Assembly (NCBI GenBank): GCA_963665095.1
Contig: OY762069.1
Location: 5,504,001 to 5,568,000 of the forward strand
Reading direction: 5' to 3'
Origin: an uncultured Desulfobacter sp.
Lineage (GTDB): Bacteria > Desulfobacterota > Desulfobacteria > Desulfobacterales > Desulfobacteraceae
Length of the DNA: 64,000 nucleotides
Below are positions 19,009-28,480 of the stretch, in pieces. Both the position numbers and the translations under genes were made by a program. The notes below the pieces were generated by a model. It had not been told where the DNA came from. It saw only the letters and a list, made by a program, of their open reading frames with translations, and did not search any database. Position 1 is the stretch's first letter; every line of letters begins with the position of its first letter.

Positions 19009-19386
19009 TTATCTGTAGCTAAAAGCGGCACTTGTTTCACTTGCTGCTACCTGGGCAAACCAGCCAGGTCCTGAGGTGACGGTCACCGTTACGCCTCCGT
19101 CTGCAGACGTGGCCACATAGCCTCCTTGAAAGTCTCCATAAGTACTTCCGGTCGTGGTAACTTCCCAGCTTGTATCTCCGTCGTTTTCCAGAAGATATTG
19201 AGCGTAATCCATGGTTGCCTGGGATTTAATTGCTGCAATTGCGCCTTCAACAGCTTTGTTCCTGGCTTCCTGCTGCATGTCAGCAAACTTGGGAATGGCA
19301 ACTGCAGCCATAATACCAAGGATGACTAAAACAGCAATGATTTCAATCAGGGTAAAACCTTCCTCATTTCTAACCAATTTTTTCAT
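19009..19386 (-). CDS. pilA: Major type IV pilin (MshA/PilA-like)
   Basis: EEG|FTLIEIIAVLVILGIMAAVAIPKF, strong RBS AAGGAG, and its own promoter and terminator. Confidence 0.88.
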   Translation of the reverse strand: MKKLVRNEEGFTLIEIIAVLVILGIMAAVAIPKFADMQQEARNKAVEGAIAAIKSQATMDYAQYLLENDGDTSWEVTTTGSTYGDFQGGYVATSADGGVTVTVTSGPGWFAQVAASETSAAFSYR

Positions 19387-19466
19387 GTTGTTTTCTCCTT
19401 CTATAAAAAATAATTATAAAAATAATTAAAACACCCTTAAGAGGGCACATCAACTTCGAATAAAGC

Positions 19467-19484
19467 TTGCATAAAAGATACCGT
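19467..19484 (-). promoter_or_regulatory. Sigma-54 (-24/-12) promoter of the pilin gene
   Basis: Minus strand ACGGTATCTTTTATGCAA is GG-N10-GC, about 80 nt upstream of the pilin ATG and next to a sigma-54 activator gene. Confidence 0.65.
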
Positions 19485-19597
19485 AATAAGATATTTAAAT
19501 CAATAATCCGATAAATCAAACCTTTCCCGTGTTTGAGACACGCTGCCGTACACAATATGGATCTACATTGTTTGTAGCATGGTCAAAAAAAAGGGTT

Positions 19598-20965
19598 TTA
19601 TTTATATGCGGCAACATTGATGTCAAATTTCTTTATGCGGTTCCACAGACTTCTGGGTTTAATGCCAAGCATTTCAGCCGCCCTTGCCTGAATTCCATTG
19701 TTTTGCCTCAGTGCTTCCACAATGTAATCAATTTCAATATTTTGCATCTGTTTATCCAAATCGAAATTTTTGTTTTTATCAAGTTCAATGGTCTTCTTTT
19801 TCTGTTCAGCAACCTCTTGAAACGGGGAAAGATTTGCTTCCTGAAAGTCAAAATCTTTTTTGTCAAGTATATCTGTTTCACTGCATATTACTGCTTTTTC
19901 AATTTTATTCTCAAGCTCTCTGATGTTTCCCTGCCATTCATACTGTTTTAGGAATGAGACAGCAGCATCGGAGATAGTTTTACCGGATTTTTTTGTGAAA
20001 TGTTTGATCAGCAGCTCAAGATCGTTTGTTCTGTTGCCAAGGGGCGGTATATTAAGATTAAATACATTCAGCCGGTAAAACAGATCCTCTCTAAACTGCC
20101 CCTGTCTGACAAGCCGTTCCAGATCCTTATTGGTTGCGGCAATAATTCGGACATCAACCTTAAACGTCTTATGCCCGCCGACTCTTTGAAATTCGCCATT
20201 CTGAAGCACCCGAAGCAGTTTGACCTGAACTTCCCCGGGCAATTCTCCCACCTCATCCAGAAAAAGGGTCCCTTTATCAGCCCGTTCAAAACATCCCTGA
20301 TGGACAGCTACAGCGCCTGTAAATGCCCCTTTCTCATGACCGAATAATTCGCTTTCCAGCAGACCCGGAGAAATCGCGCCGCAATTAATTTTTACAAAAG
20401 GAAAACCTGTTCTTGGGCTTTTTCCATGCACAGCATCTGCAATTAACTCTTTACCTGTGCCGCTTTGTCCAAGAATCAGGACACTGGCATTTGAAGGCGC
20501 CACTTTCAGCACCTGCTCCAGCACATAGGCCATTTCCCGGCTTTCAAAAATGATGTTTGGAAACTGATGTTGAAGCGCTTCAATATCATACCCAATGGCA
20601 ATTTTGCCAAATGCTTTTCTGTATTCATCAAGTTCATCTGAGAAAAATTTATTCCCCCCCACAGAGGGCTTATTCCCATCGGTTTTCGCTAAGTTTTCTT
20701 TGCTCTCTGTGCCTGCCTGGAGATTCTTTTTTTGAATTCGGGCCAAAAGTTCTTCTGTGGGCTTCAGCACAAATTTAAGCAGTATATAGCCAATGACAAA
20801 AGAAAAAGAAAAAAGAAAGAAAAGCGCTGAGTAATGAATCAGATCGGCATGTATGGAATTGTTTAACTTGGTTGATAGCTGGAATGAAACAACATAAGTG
20901 AACACAGAAACCATTCCCCAGATAAAGGGGACAAGAAAATATATGCTGAGCTTTACTCCGGCCAT
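19598..20965 (-). CDS. Sigma-54-dependent activator (bEBP) with two N-terminal TM helices and Fis HTH
   Basis: GQSGTGKE, ESELFGHEKGAFTGA, LFLDEVGE, FREDLFYRL, WQGNIREL, HTH 'AAEMLGI'. No receiver domain. Confidence 0.92.
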   Translation of the reverse strand: MAGVKLSIYFLVPFIWGMVSVFTYVVSFQLSTKLNNSIHADLIHYSALFFLFSFSFVIGYILLKFVLKPTEELLARIQKKNLQAGTESKENLAKTDGNKPSVGGNKFFSDELDEYRKAFGKIAIGYDIEALQHQFPNIIFESREMAYVLEQVLKVAPSNASVLILGQSGTGKELIADAVHGKSPRTGFPFVKINCGAISPGLLESELFGHEKGAFTGAVAVHQGCFERADKGTLFLDEVGELPGEVQVKLLRVLQNGEFQRVGGHKTFKVDVRIIAATNKDLERLVRQGQFREDLFYRLNVFNLNIPPLGNRTNDLELLIKHFTKKSGKTISDAAVSFLKQYEWQGNIRELENKIEKAVICSETDILDKKDFDFQEANLSPFQEVAEQKKKTIELDKNKNFDLDKQMQNIEIDYIVEALRQNNGIQARAAEMLGIKPRSLWNRIKKFDINVAAYK

Positions 20966-21036
20966 ATTATTAAAATTGTATTTCCTGAAAAGGTATCAAG
21001 ATCATTCTCAACTATCCTATATTGGGATTGTCCAAC

Positions 21037-22263
21037 CTAACGAACCATTTTGGTCAAATCCCACATGGGCAGGAAGATTGCCAGGGCAAAAAAACCAACC
21101 ACAGCGGCAAGTCCGACCACCAGAATAGGGCCGATGGCGTCGGACATGGCTTTGGTACTGTACTCAACCTCTGTGTCGTAATGATGGGATATCTCTGTGA
21201 GCATGTCATCCAGATTACCGGACTCCTCTCCGATGGCCACCATATTAATTACCATTGGGGGGAAATATTTTGAAGATCTTAATGGTTGGGAGATCCCACG
21301 GCCCGCCGTTAACATTTCCTTTATTTTTTCAAACTCCTGGGTAATGGCGGCATTGTTGATAGTTTTTGATAACACCTCCATGGATTCCAGGACAGTAACC
21401 CCACTGGTTTGAAGAATCGAGAAGATTGACGCAAACCTGGACATCGCTGCTTTTAAAATAACAGGTCCGACAATCGGCATTTTTATAAAGGCCCGGTCTT
21501 TAATAACTCTGCCTCCGGGGGTTTTAAAGAAGAAATAATATGAAAGATATAATGTGACTGCAATGGTAACAAGGCCGATATGCCAGTAATTATGAATTAT
21601 TTCATACAAACCCATACATACCCGGGTAGGCATGGGTAATTCAATACCGGCTTTGGTGAAAATAGATACAAACTGGGGAATAACAAAGTTCAGTAATACA
21701 AAAAAGGCGATTCCCAAAAAGAATACAACCATCTGAGGGTATCTTAAGGCTGATTTAATGTCTGATTTAAGTTTGTTTTCATGATCAATAATATAGATAA
21801 GCCGGTCAAGGACATCAGGCAGTGCACCTGAAGATTCGCCTGCATTGATCATGTTGCAGTAAAGTTCCGAAAATACTTTTTTGTGTTTTGAAAAAGCTGA
21901 AAACAGATTGGCACCCTCCCGGACATCCACCCTGATCTGGGCCACTGTTTTTTTTAACAGTTTATTCTCGGTCTGAACCTCCATAGTGCTCAGGACATCC
22001 ATCATGGGAACACCGGCATGGATCAGGGTTTTAAATTGTTTAGTGAACAGGATCAAATCCCTCGGCCTGACAGGGGTAAGGCTGTCCGACAGTTTGGACA
22101 GGGTTTCTGAGCTATCTAAGAGGCCGCTTTTTTCAGTCACGCTCTCCGGGATATACCCTTTCTGGGACAGCATCTCCATGGCATGGTCCAGGGAAGGAGC
22201 ATCCAGATTGCCCTTGATTTCAGAACCTGTTTCATTGATGGCAATATAGGAATAAGTGGTCAT
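21037..22263 (-). CDS. pilC: PilC/GspF/MshG platform protein
   Basis: Two T2SSF repeats: AGESSGALPDVL, ALRYP, IGEESGNL, FLPMWDL. Confidence 0.92.
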   Translation of the reverse strand: MTTYSYIAINETGSEIKGNLDAPSLDHAMEMLSQKGYIPESVTEKSGLLDSSETLSKLSDSLTPVRPRDLILFTKQFKTLIHAGVPMMDVLSTMEVQTENKLLKKTVAQIRVDVREGANLFSAFSKHKKVFSELYCNMINAGESSGALPDVLDRLIYIIDHENKLKSDIKSALRYPQMVVFFLGIAFFVLLNFVIPQFVSIFTKAGIELPMPTRVCMGLYEIIHNYWHIGLVTIAVTLYLSYYFFFKTPGGRVIKDRAFIKMPIVGPVILKAAMSRFASIFSILQTSGVTVLESMEVLSKTINNAAITQEFEKIKEMLTAGRGISQPLRSSKYFPPMVINMVAIGEESGNLDDMLTEISHHYDTEVEYSTKAMSDAIGPILVVGLAAVVGFFALAIFLPMWDLTKMVR

Positions 22264-22266
22264 AAT

Positions 22267-23973
22267 TTACATCATTACGGCAGAAGCTGCCTCCTCCGGA
22301 CTGGTTATTCCATTGGCCACCTTGACGGCGGCATCCTGTTTCAACGTTTTTAAATGGCCTGACTGGGCACTGACCAGGGTGATTTCCTGGGCAGATTTGC
22401 CTGCAAGGATCATCTGCTGAACATCCTGGTTTACATGAAGGACCTCGTAAAGTCCTGTCCGCCCTAAATAGCCGGTGTCTTTGCACTGCATGCACCCTTT
22501 GCCACGGACAAAATCCACACCCTGGGCATTTTCAAGTCCCCAGAATTCACGTACCTCAGGCGGTGGGGAATAGGACTCTTTACAGTGGGGACAGACCCGG
22601 CGAATCAGACGCTGGGCAATGGCCACCAGCATGACCGATGAGACCAGGAATGGTTCGATACCCATATCAACAAATCGGGTGATGGCGCCTGCCGCATCAT
22701 TGGTGTGCACCGTACTGAGAACCATATGGCCTGTCAGGGCAGCCTGAACCGCAACACCTGCGGTTTCACCATCACGAATTTCGCCGATCATGACCACATC
22801 CGGGTCCTGACGTAAAATGGATCTCAGCCCGGAGGCAAAGGTCATGCCCGCTTTTCTGTTCAACTGGCCCTGGCGGACATGCTCCATCCTGTATTCCACA
22901 GGATCTTCAAGTGTAATAATATTGACTTCCGGGGTATTGATAATTTTAAGCATTGAAAACAGGGAGGTACTTTTTCCCGAACCTGTGGGGCCGGTGGCCA
23001 GGATCATGCCGTAGGGCATTTTGATCATTTTTGAAATAAGCTGGATATCCTGGGGATCCATGCCCAGTTTATCCAGGGAGTAGATGCCGGCACTGGTGTC
23101 AAGAAGACGAAGCACCACATTTTCCCCGTACACCGTTGGAATGGTGGATACACGGATGTTGATTTCCTTGTCCTGGACAAACACTGTAAATCTGCCGTCC
23201 TGGGGAATCCTGGATATGGATATATCCAGGGAAGCCAGGATTTTCAACCGGGACACCATGGACATAAACATGCCTTTGGGGGGGGCAGGAATATGATGCA
23301 GCTTGCCGTCCACCCGAAACCGGATTTCCACATAGTTTTTTTCCGGACTTAGGTGAACATCGGAGGCGCCTTCCTTAACCGCCTGAGTAAGGATCGAGTT
23401 AACAAGACGGATAACCGGCGCTTCTTCAGCCATGTCCATGAGCGAGGAGATGTTGTTCTGATACTGGTCATCCACCTCATCCTTGACATCCATCTCCTGC
23501 ATTTCCTGGATATTGCCCATGACCCCGTCAGACCCGGAATAGGTGCCGTAAACCGTGGCAATCAGGGTATTGAGTTCCTGCTCGGTACAGATTACAGGCT
23601 CAACTTCGGTGTCTGTATACACCTCAATATGGTCAAGGGCATTGATATCCAGGGGGTCTGTCATGGCCAGGAAGAGCATGCCGTCTTGTTTATGGATAGG
23701 TACCGCCTGGTATTTCTGGGCGGTGTCCACATCAAGAATATCGGAAAGCGCCGTTGAAATGGCATATTCGCTGGCATCGTAGCGCTTGATATTCACCTGG
23801 GTGGATATCAGCTCCACAATGGCTTTTTCACTGACAATGCCTTCAGTGATAAGGTGCTGCCCCAGGCGTTTCCCGCTGTTCCGGCTTGCAACCAGGGCTT
23901 TTTCAAGCTGCTCCTTGTCAAGGACACCGCCGTCTATCAGCATTTCCCCAAGGCGTTTACGTTTTGCTAACAT
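22267..23973 (-). CDS. pilB: PilB/GspE/MshE assembly ATPase with MshEN domain
   Basis: ASDVH, PQDGRF, GPTGSGKS, LRQDPD, tetracysteine zinc motif (CPHC...CMQC), N-terminal tandem RLG motifs. Confidence 0.93.
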   Translation of the reverse strand: MLAKRKRLGEMLIDGGVLDKEQLEKALVASRNSGKRLGQHLITEGIVSEKAIVELISTQVNIKRYDASEYAISTALSDILDVDTAQKYQAVPIHKQDGMLFLAMTDPLDINALDHIEVYTDTEVEPVICTEQELNTLIATVYGTYSGSDGVMGNIQEMQEMDVKDEVDDQYQNNISSLMDMAEEAPVIRLVNSILTQAVKEGASDVHLSPEKNYVEIRFRVDGKLHHIPAPPKGMFMSMVSRLKILASLDISISRIPQDGRFTVFVQDKEINIRVSTIPTVYGENVVLRLLDTSAGIYSLDKLGMDPQDIQLISKMIKMPYGMILATGPTGSGKSTSLFSMLKIINTPEVNIITLEDPVEYRMEHVRQGQLNRKAGMTFASGLRSILRQDPDVVMIGEIRDGETAGVAVQAALTGHMVLSTVHTNDAAGAITRFVDMGIEPFLVSSVMLVAIAQRLIRRVCPHCKESYSPPPEVREFWGLENAQGVDFVRGKGCMQCKDTGYLGRTGLYEVLHVNQDVQQMILAGKSAQEITLVSAQSGHLKTLKQDAAVKVANGITSPEEAASAVMM

Positions 23974-24000
23974 CCATAACCTCTGTAATATAAGCTATAT

Positions 24001-25662
24001 TCATAAAATCATTCTATCCTGAACCAGGGCGGCAATTTTTGTTTCCCTGAATCCCCTGGCAGATTTCGGTAAATGTGATGTAAAAACATGGGCTTTTTGT
24101 TTGTTAGCAAATACCCGGTTCAGTACCACATAAAACATAAATCCTTTTGACGCATTCCAGGCAGGTAATACTCTGGCATCAACTCCCTGATTTCTGTATT
24201 CACGGGCTTTTTTGTAGGCCCTGGCAATCTGTGTAAAACTGTCTGCCGCCAGACAGACCATATCTGGACGCCACTGCTGGGCCGTCTCACTGATCACCGG
24301 AAAGCTTATAAAACTACCGTTCATAATCAAATTAGGGTTTTCAATACCGGTATTATCCTGCATGACCCGGTGTAAAAGCGTTCTGGAGTATGAACCGTAA
24401 ATGGTCAGAATCATGGTACACAGATTGTCATCACCTGTAATTTTTACTGATCCGAGGAGGGCAGGGCCGACAGCACTGTTCTCATCAACCGCCGGCGGTT
24501 GTTTTGCCTCAGGCAGCACCTTTGCCGCAGTCTCTATCTGCACCACAGGTGATGGTAATTGATGCTCCGGTAACTGTGAAACTGTATCGTTTTTTAAAGG
24601 ACGATTTTCAATCACCTTGATAGTAACAGGCGGGCTTGCCTGGCTGACGGATGCGGACTGATGGCTTCCCTTGCCGGACAGAACCCATTGCGCCACTGTC
24701 TGCCTGACCGGAAGCGGCACCATCTCTAAAAGGGTATTGGCATGAAACGCCAGAAAGAAGATAAGCACTGCCGCTATGACAGACGCTGTCGGCATCAGGG
24801 AAACCTTTGTTTTTTCCTGGTAATTGGGAAAAACCTCCCCGGCACAGGCATGGACAAAAAAGGAGCCGGCAGTCTGGCGGTCCTGGATGATCATGGCTAA
24901 AAGCACATGGTGGCACAGATTAATAATTTTTCTGGGATACCCCTTTGTAACCCGGTACACTGCCCAGAAACCTGAAAATGTGAATTTCGGCACCCGGCTG
25001 CTGCCAAACTGATCCGGACAGGCAGAATGTCCAATTCTGAACCGTATCAGTTCCCGGGTTTCGGTAAAGTTTAAAGGCAGAAATGTAAACCTGAAATTGA
25101 TGCGGTCAACAAAATTTTTCATGCCCGCAATCATCTGATTAAACTCTTTCTGGGCAAATATAACAATCTGCAGCAGTTTATTATTATTGGTTTCGTAATT
25201 GAGCAGCTCCCGGAGGGTTTCAAGACAGAACAGCGGCAGTTTCTGACCCTCATCAATCATAAGAACCGTGGTGATGTTCTGATCTACGCCGGCTGCAAAA
25301 AGATGATTTTTTACCATCTCTTTCAGGGTCAGCTCGTTGTCCGGGACGTCTGTCACAGGTGCACCGGAAAAGTGGTGAAGTATGCAGGCCAGGAACTCGG
25401 ACGGTGATGAAAATGCCGGGTCAAGAATTAAAAAATATCTGATTGCCGGGTCACCTGAAATTTTACGGATCAGTTGCCGGCAGACAGTGGTTTTGCCGGT
25501 ACCCACGTCTCCTGTTATCACATTCAGCCCCCGGCGCAGCCGGATGGAAATTTCCAGTTTCTGCAAGGCGCTTCTGTGCTGTCTGGAGTTGAAAAACAAC
25601 CCCGGATCAGGAGAGTTGGAAAAGGGCTCCTTTTCCAGATGAAGGGTCCGGTAATACTCCAT
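24001..25662 (-). CDS. ExeA/MshM-like AAA ATPase with TM helix and LysM/SPOR-like periplasmic region
   Basis: EPFSNSPDP, GDVGTGKT, IDEGQKL, GYPRKIINLC; 'DNLCTMILTIYG...NPNLIMNGSFISFP' resembles LysM. Confidence 0.82.
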   Translation of the reverse strand: MEYYRTLHLEKEPFSNSPDPGLFFNSRQHRSALQKLEISIRLRRGLNVITGDVGTGKTTVCRQLIRKISGDPAIRYFLILDPAFSSPSEFLACILHHFSGAPVTDVPDNELTLKEMVKNHLFAAGVDQNITTVLMIDEGQKLPLFCLETLRELLNYETNNNKLLQIVIFAQKEFNQMIAGMKNFVDRINFRFTFLPLNFTETRELIRFRIGHSACPDQFGSSRVPKFTFSGFWAVYRVTKGYPRKIINLCHHVLLAMIIQDRQTAGSFFVHACAGEVFPNYQEKTKVSLMPTASVIAAVLIFFLAFHANTLLEMVPLPVRQTVAQWVLSGKGSHQSASVSQASPPVTIKVIENRPLKNDTVSQLPEHQLPSPVVQIETAAKVLPEAKQPPAVDENSAVGPALLGSVKITGDDNLCTMILTIYGSYSRTLLHRVMQDNTGIENPNLIMNGSFISFPVISETAQQWRPDMVCLAADSFTQIARAYKKAREYRNQGVDARVLPAWNASKGFMFYVVLNRVFANKQKAHVFTSHLPKSARGFRETKIAALVQDRMIL

Positions 25663-25674
25663 AGTTGATATTCG

Positions 25675-27375
25675 CTATTCGGCTGCTTCCTCCTCCTGGG
25701 CCTGAACCTGGGGGGCTGCCTGGCCTTTCAGGATATGCGGGGTGATAAAAATCAGCAGTTCTTCCATCTCAGAGCTGTTCGTTGTACTCCTGAACAGCCA
25801 GCCAAGACCCGGCACATCCATAAGCCAGGGAATTCCGGAATTGCCGTCTTCAGCTTTTTCTTTGTTCAACCCGCCTATGACTGTGGTCTGCCCGTCAAAT
25901 AAATTCACCATGGTTTCTGCATTTTTGGTGATAATGGTGGGATTGCCTACCACTGTATTTGTAAAGTCCAGCTCGTCTTTGTGTGTGAGAATTTCCAGGC
26001 GGACAATGTTGTCATTGATCACATGGGGCGTTACTTCCAGGCTGATCACCGCCTTTTTCCATTCAATATTGATCTCCCCGTCCTCCACTGTTTGAAACGG
26101 CACATCCTGGCCTGATTCAATGGTGGCTTTATGGTGATCCATAGTAGAGATGGAAGGCTTGGAAAGAATATTAATCTTTCCGTCCTCCTGCAGCGCCGTT
26201 AATTGTGTATAAAGCGCAAACTGGCCTATTTTTTCAGTCATCAGGCCCAGGGAGAGTCCGCTGGTGCCAGCATCGGCAAGGGTGCTCATAAGGCTGCCCA
26301 GGTTTGCGTTGCCGTCTTCATCCCATGCATTGGAATTAAACTGAGAGGTCTCGCTGCCAATCCAGTTCCGTGTGGTACCGTTGGCTGTGTCTGTTGTGGA
26401 AGAACTAAGTCCTCCCCATTGGACGCCTAACTCTCTGGCCGCATCTGAGGTTGCCTCTACAATATGTGCTTCAATAAGGATCTGCCGGCTTGGCCGGTCT
26501 AATTTCTGAATAATGGGCAGAATTTTATTTAAATCAGACTGGGTGGCATGGACAATCAGGGAATTGGTATTCTGGTCTTTCAGTATTGCCCCCCGAAGTT
26601 CTACCTGGTCTGAGGCGGCTGTTTTTTTGTCACCGGATTCCATGGCTGCTTTTTTCTGGACCGCTTCTTTTAACGCACTCATCAGATACTGTTCCAGGTT
26701 GTCTCTTAATTCATCCAGATTTGCAAAATTAATTTTTACCACGCGGGTCAGCAGGGGTTCAAGCTTCTCCTGTTTTCTGGCAATCTCCTGCATGACCAGG
26801 GCATGCTCTTTTTTACTTTTCTGGTATTTCTGTTTGGCCTCCATGAGGGCAATTTCTTTGTTCAGATCCTCCACCGTTATTACGCGAAGAATGTCACCGC
26901 TCCATTTATAGGTCAGGCCGTAGGTGTCCAGAAGACCGGTAAATGCCTGGTCCCATGGGATATTTTCAATGTTAATTTTGGCCTGTCCGGATACGGTTTC
27001 ATTTATGAGGATATTAACACCTGCCGCCCTGGCAAGCGTCCGCAGGAGAACCGCCACAGGCACATCGTGCATCTTCATGGTCAGCCGCATGGTCGGCAGC
27101 GCTTTTTCAGGAGCGGCAGAATCCTGAGTCTCGGCCCCATAATATTCCTGCTCCAGGGCCTGCACCTGGGCCTGGACATCTTTGTCAATTTTTTCAATAT
27201 AAGGCCGGGGATCAGGTGTGGCATGGGGGGAGTTTTCCGCCATAATCCGCCATTTTTCAAACCGGTCCGGAGATTGGGCTTCCTTCTCCGTGGTTTTACA
27301 CCCGGAACTGAGGACTATCAGCATCAACATTAAAAAACAAACCTGAACATAGTTTTTCATTTTTATTCCCATCAC
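25675..27375 (-). CDS. pilQ: Type IV pilus secretin (lipoprotein)
   Basis: Lipobox LSSGC, QILIEAHIVE, LEVTPHV, GIPWLMDVPGLGWLF, ELLIFITPHI. Confidence 0.92.
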   Translation of the reverse strand: MMGIKMKNYVQVCFLMLMLIVLSSGCKTTEKEAQSPDRFEKWRIMAENSPHATPDPRPYIEKIDKDVQAQVQALEQEYYGAETQDSAAPEKALPTMRLTMKMHDVPVAVLLRTLARAAGVNILINETVSGQAKINIENIPWDQAFTGLLDTYGLTYKWSGDILRVITVEDLNKEIALMEAKQKYQKSKKEHALVMQEIARKQEKLEPLLTRVVKINFANLDELRDNLEQYLMSALKEAVQKKAAMESGDKKTAASDQVELRGAILKDQNTNSLIVHATQSDLNKILPIIQKLDRPSRQILIEAHIVEATSDAARELGVQWGGLSSSTTDTANGTTRNWIGSETSQFNSNAWDEDGNANLGSLMSTLADAGTSGLSLGLMTEKIGQFALYTQLTALQEDGKINILSKPSISTMDHHKATIESGQDVPFQTVEDGEINIEWKKAVISLEVTPHVINDNIVRLEILTHKDELDFTNTVVGNPTIITKNAETMVNLFDGQTTVIGGLNKEKAEDGNSGIPWLMDVPGLGWLFRSTTNSSEMEELLIFITPHILKGQAAPQVQAQEEEAAE

Positions 27376-27401
27376 CTGTTTATATTTAATCTTCTTTATA
27401 T

Positions 27402-27896
27402 TTAATCTTCCTGCAAATACAGTGTGACCTCTTGCTCGGTCTGGGTGAGCAGGGTCACCTTTAACGGCGTTATCTGAACAACTTTGAAGCCAATCTCCAG
27501 AACCAGATCGCCAACAGAGTATTCCATGCCGTTGATGATCCCGAGAACATTGCTGCCAAGCTGGATAAACCCTGAATAGATCATGTCCGGCAGTGCTTCG
27601 TTTTCCGTGTTTTTGAGCGCCTCGGGATCCTCTGTGTGCTGAATAAAAGGATCTTTAAGCCACGGGCCTTCCGCTTTTTTTTTGCTGTAAGACAGCACCC
27701 TGCCCTTATTGGCTGCGGTAAGCGCTGCAATAGCCGCATCAGATGTCTTGCCGGCGGTTTTTGCATCCTCAACCGCCGCCTGGATTATCTGTTCCTCCGA
27801 CCCTGCATCTTTTTTACCCAGCACAAAATAATCCAGCAGGCCGTATACAGCCGCAAGGGCCGCTAAAAGGATGATTATGCTCTCTCTTTTTTTCAT
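27402..27896 (-). CDS. PilP/MshK-like pilus alignment protein
   Basis: N-terminal TM, 'DPF' motif, 'IINGMEYSVGD' beta domain; located between pilO and pilQ. Confidence 0.6.
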   Translation of the reverse strand: MKKRESIIILLAALAAVYGLLDYFVLGKKDAGSEEQIIQAAVEDAKTAGKTSDAAIAALTAANKGRVLSYSKKKAEGPWLKDPFIQHTEDPEALKNTENEALPDMIYSGFIQLGSNVLGIINGMEYSVGDLVLEIGFKVVQITPLKVTLLTQTEQEVTLYLQED

Positions 27897-27904
27897 ATTT
27901 TTGT

Positions 27905-28480
27905 CTATCCCTGATTATTTCCAGACGAATTATTGTTTTCTATGGCAATCTTGAATCTGACCACACAATGCCTGATACTTTTTTGATCCGTCCTGATTTC
28001 AATATTTTCAAAGCTTTTAAAACAGGGGAGCTGTGCAAGGGAGATCAGGCAGGGCCTGAAATTTAAGAATTTACCATTAAAAGTCAGATCCAGGGACAAC
28101 TGGTCCGCGCCAATATCAAAAGATGCTGTATCAAGACGATTCTCAGATAATACCATGTCTTGATTTTCGGCAATATCTTTGAATATCTCGGACAAGGATG
28201 AAATCTGGTCCCTTGAAATTGCCTTTCTTGCAGGAAAAGGTAACATATTTTCAAAGGACTCATTTGCCAGCACCTGAGCTTTGACATAAATGGGATAAAA
28301 CAGCTTTTGCTCTTCCAGTCGGATGGTTTTGCTTACCCAGTCCTTTTTTACCTCCTGGATATGGCGGTATTTCGGGTAAAGAAGCCCAAAGGCAAATGCC
28401 GCAACCAGCACAACAGCGCCCACAATCAGCCCCAGCGTCAGTGAAGAAATTTTGTTCGTATCCTTGCTTTTTTCTGCCAT
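27905..28480 (-). CDS. pilO: PilO-like protein
   Basis: N-terminal TM, coiled coil and ferredoxin-like 'LTFNGKF...L'; operon position. Confidence 0.65.
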   Translation of the reverse strand: MAEKSKDTNKISSLTLGLIVGAVVLVAAFAFGLLYPKYRHIQEVKKDWVSKTIRLEEQKLFYPIYVKAQVLANESFENMLPFPARKAISRDQISSLSEIFKDIAENQDMVLSENRLDTASFDIGADQLSLDLTFNGKFLNFRPCLISLAQLPCFKSFENIEIRTDQKSIRHCVVRFKIAIENNNSSGNNQG

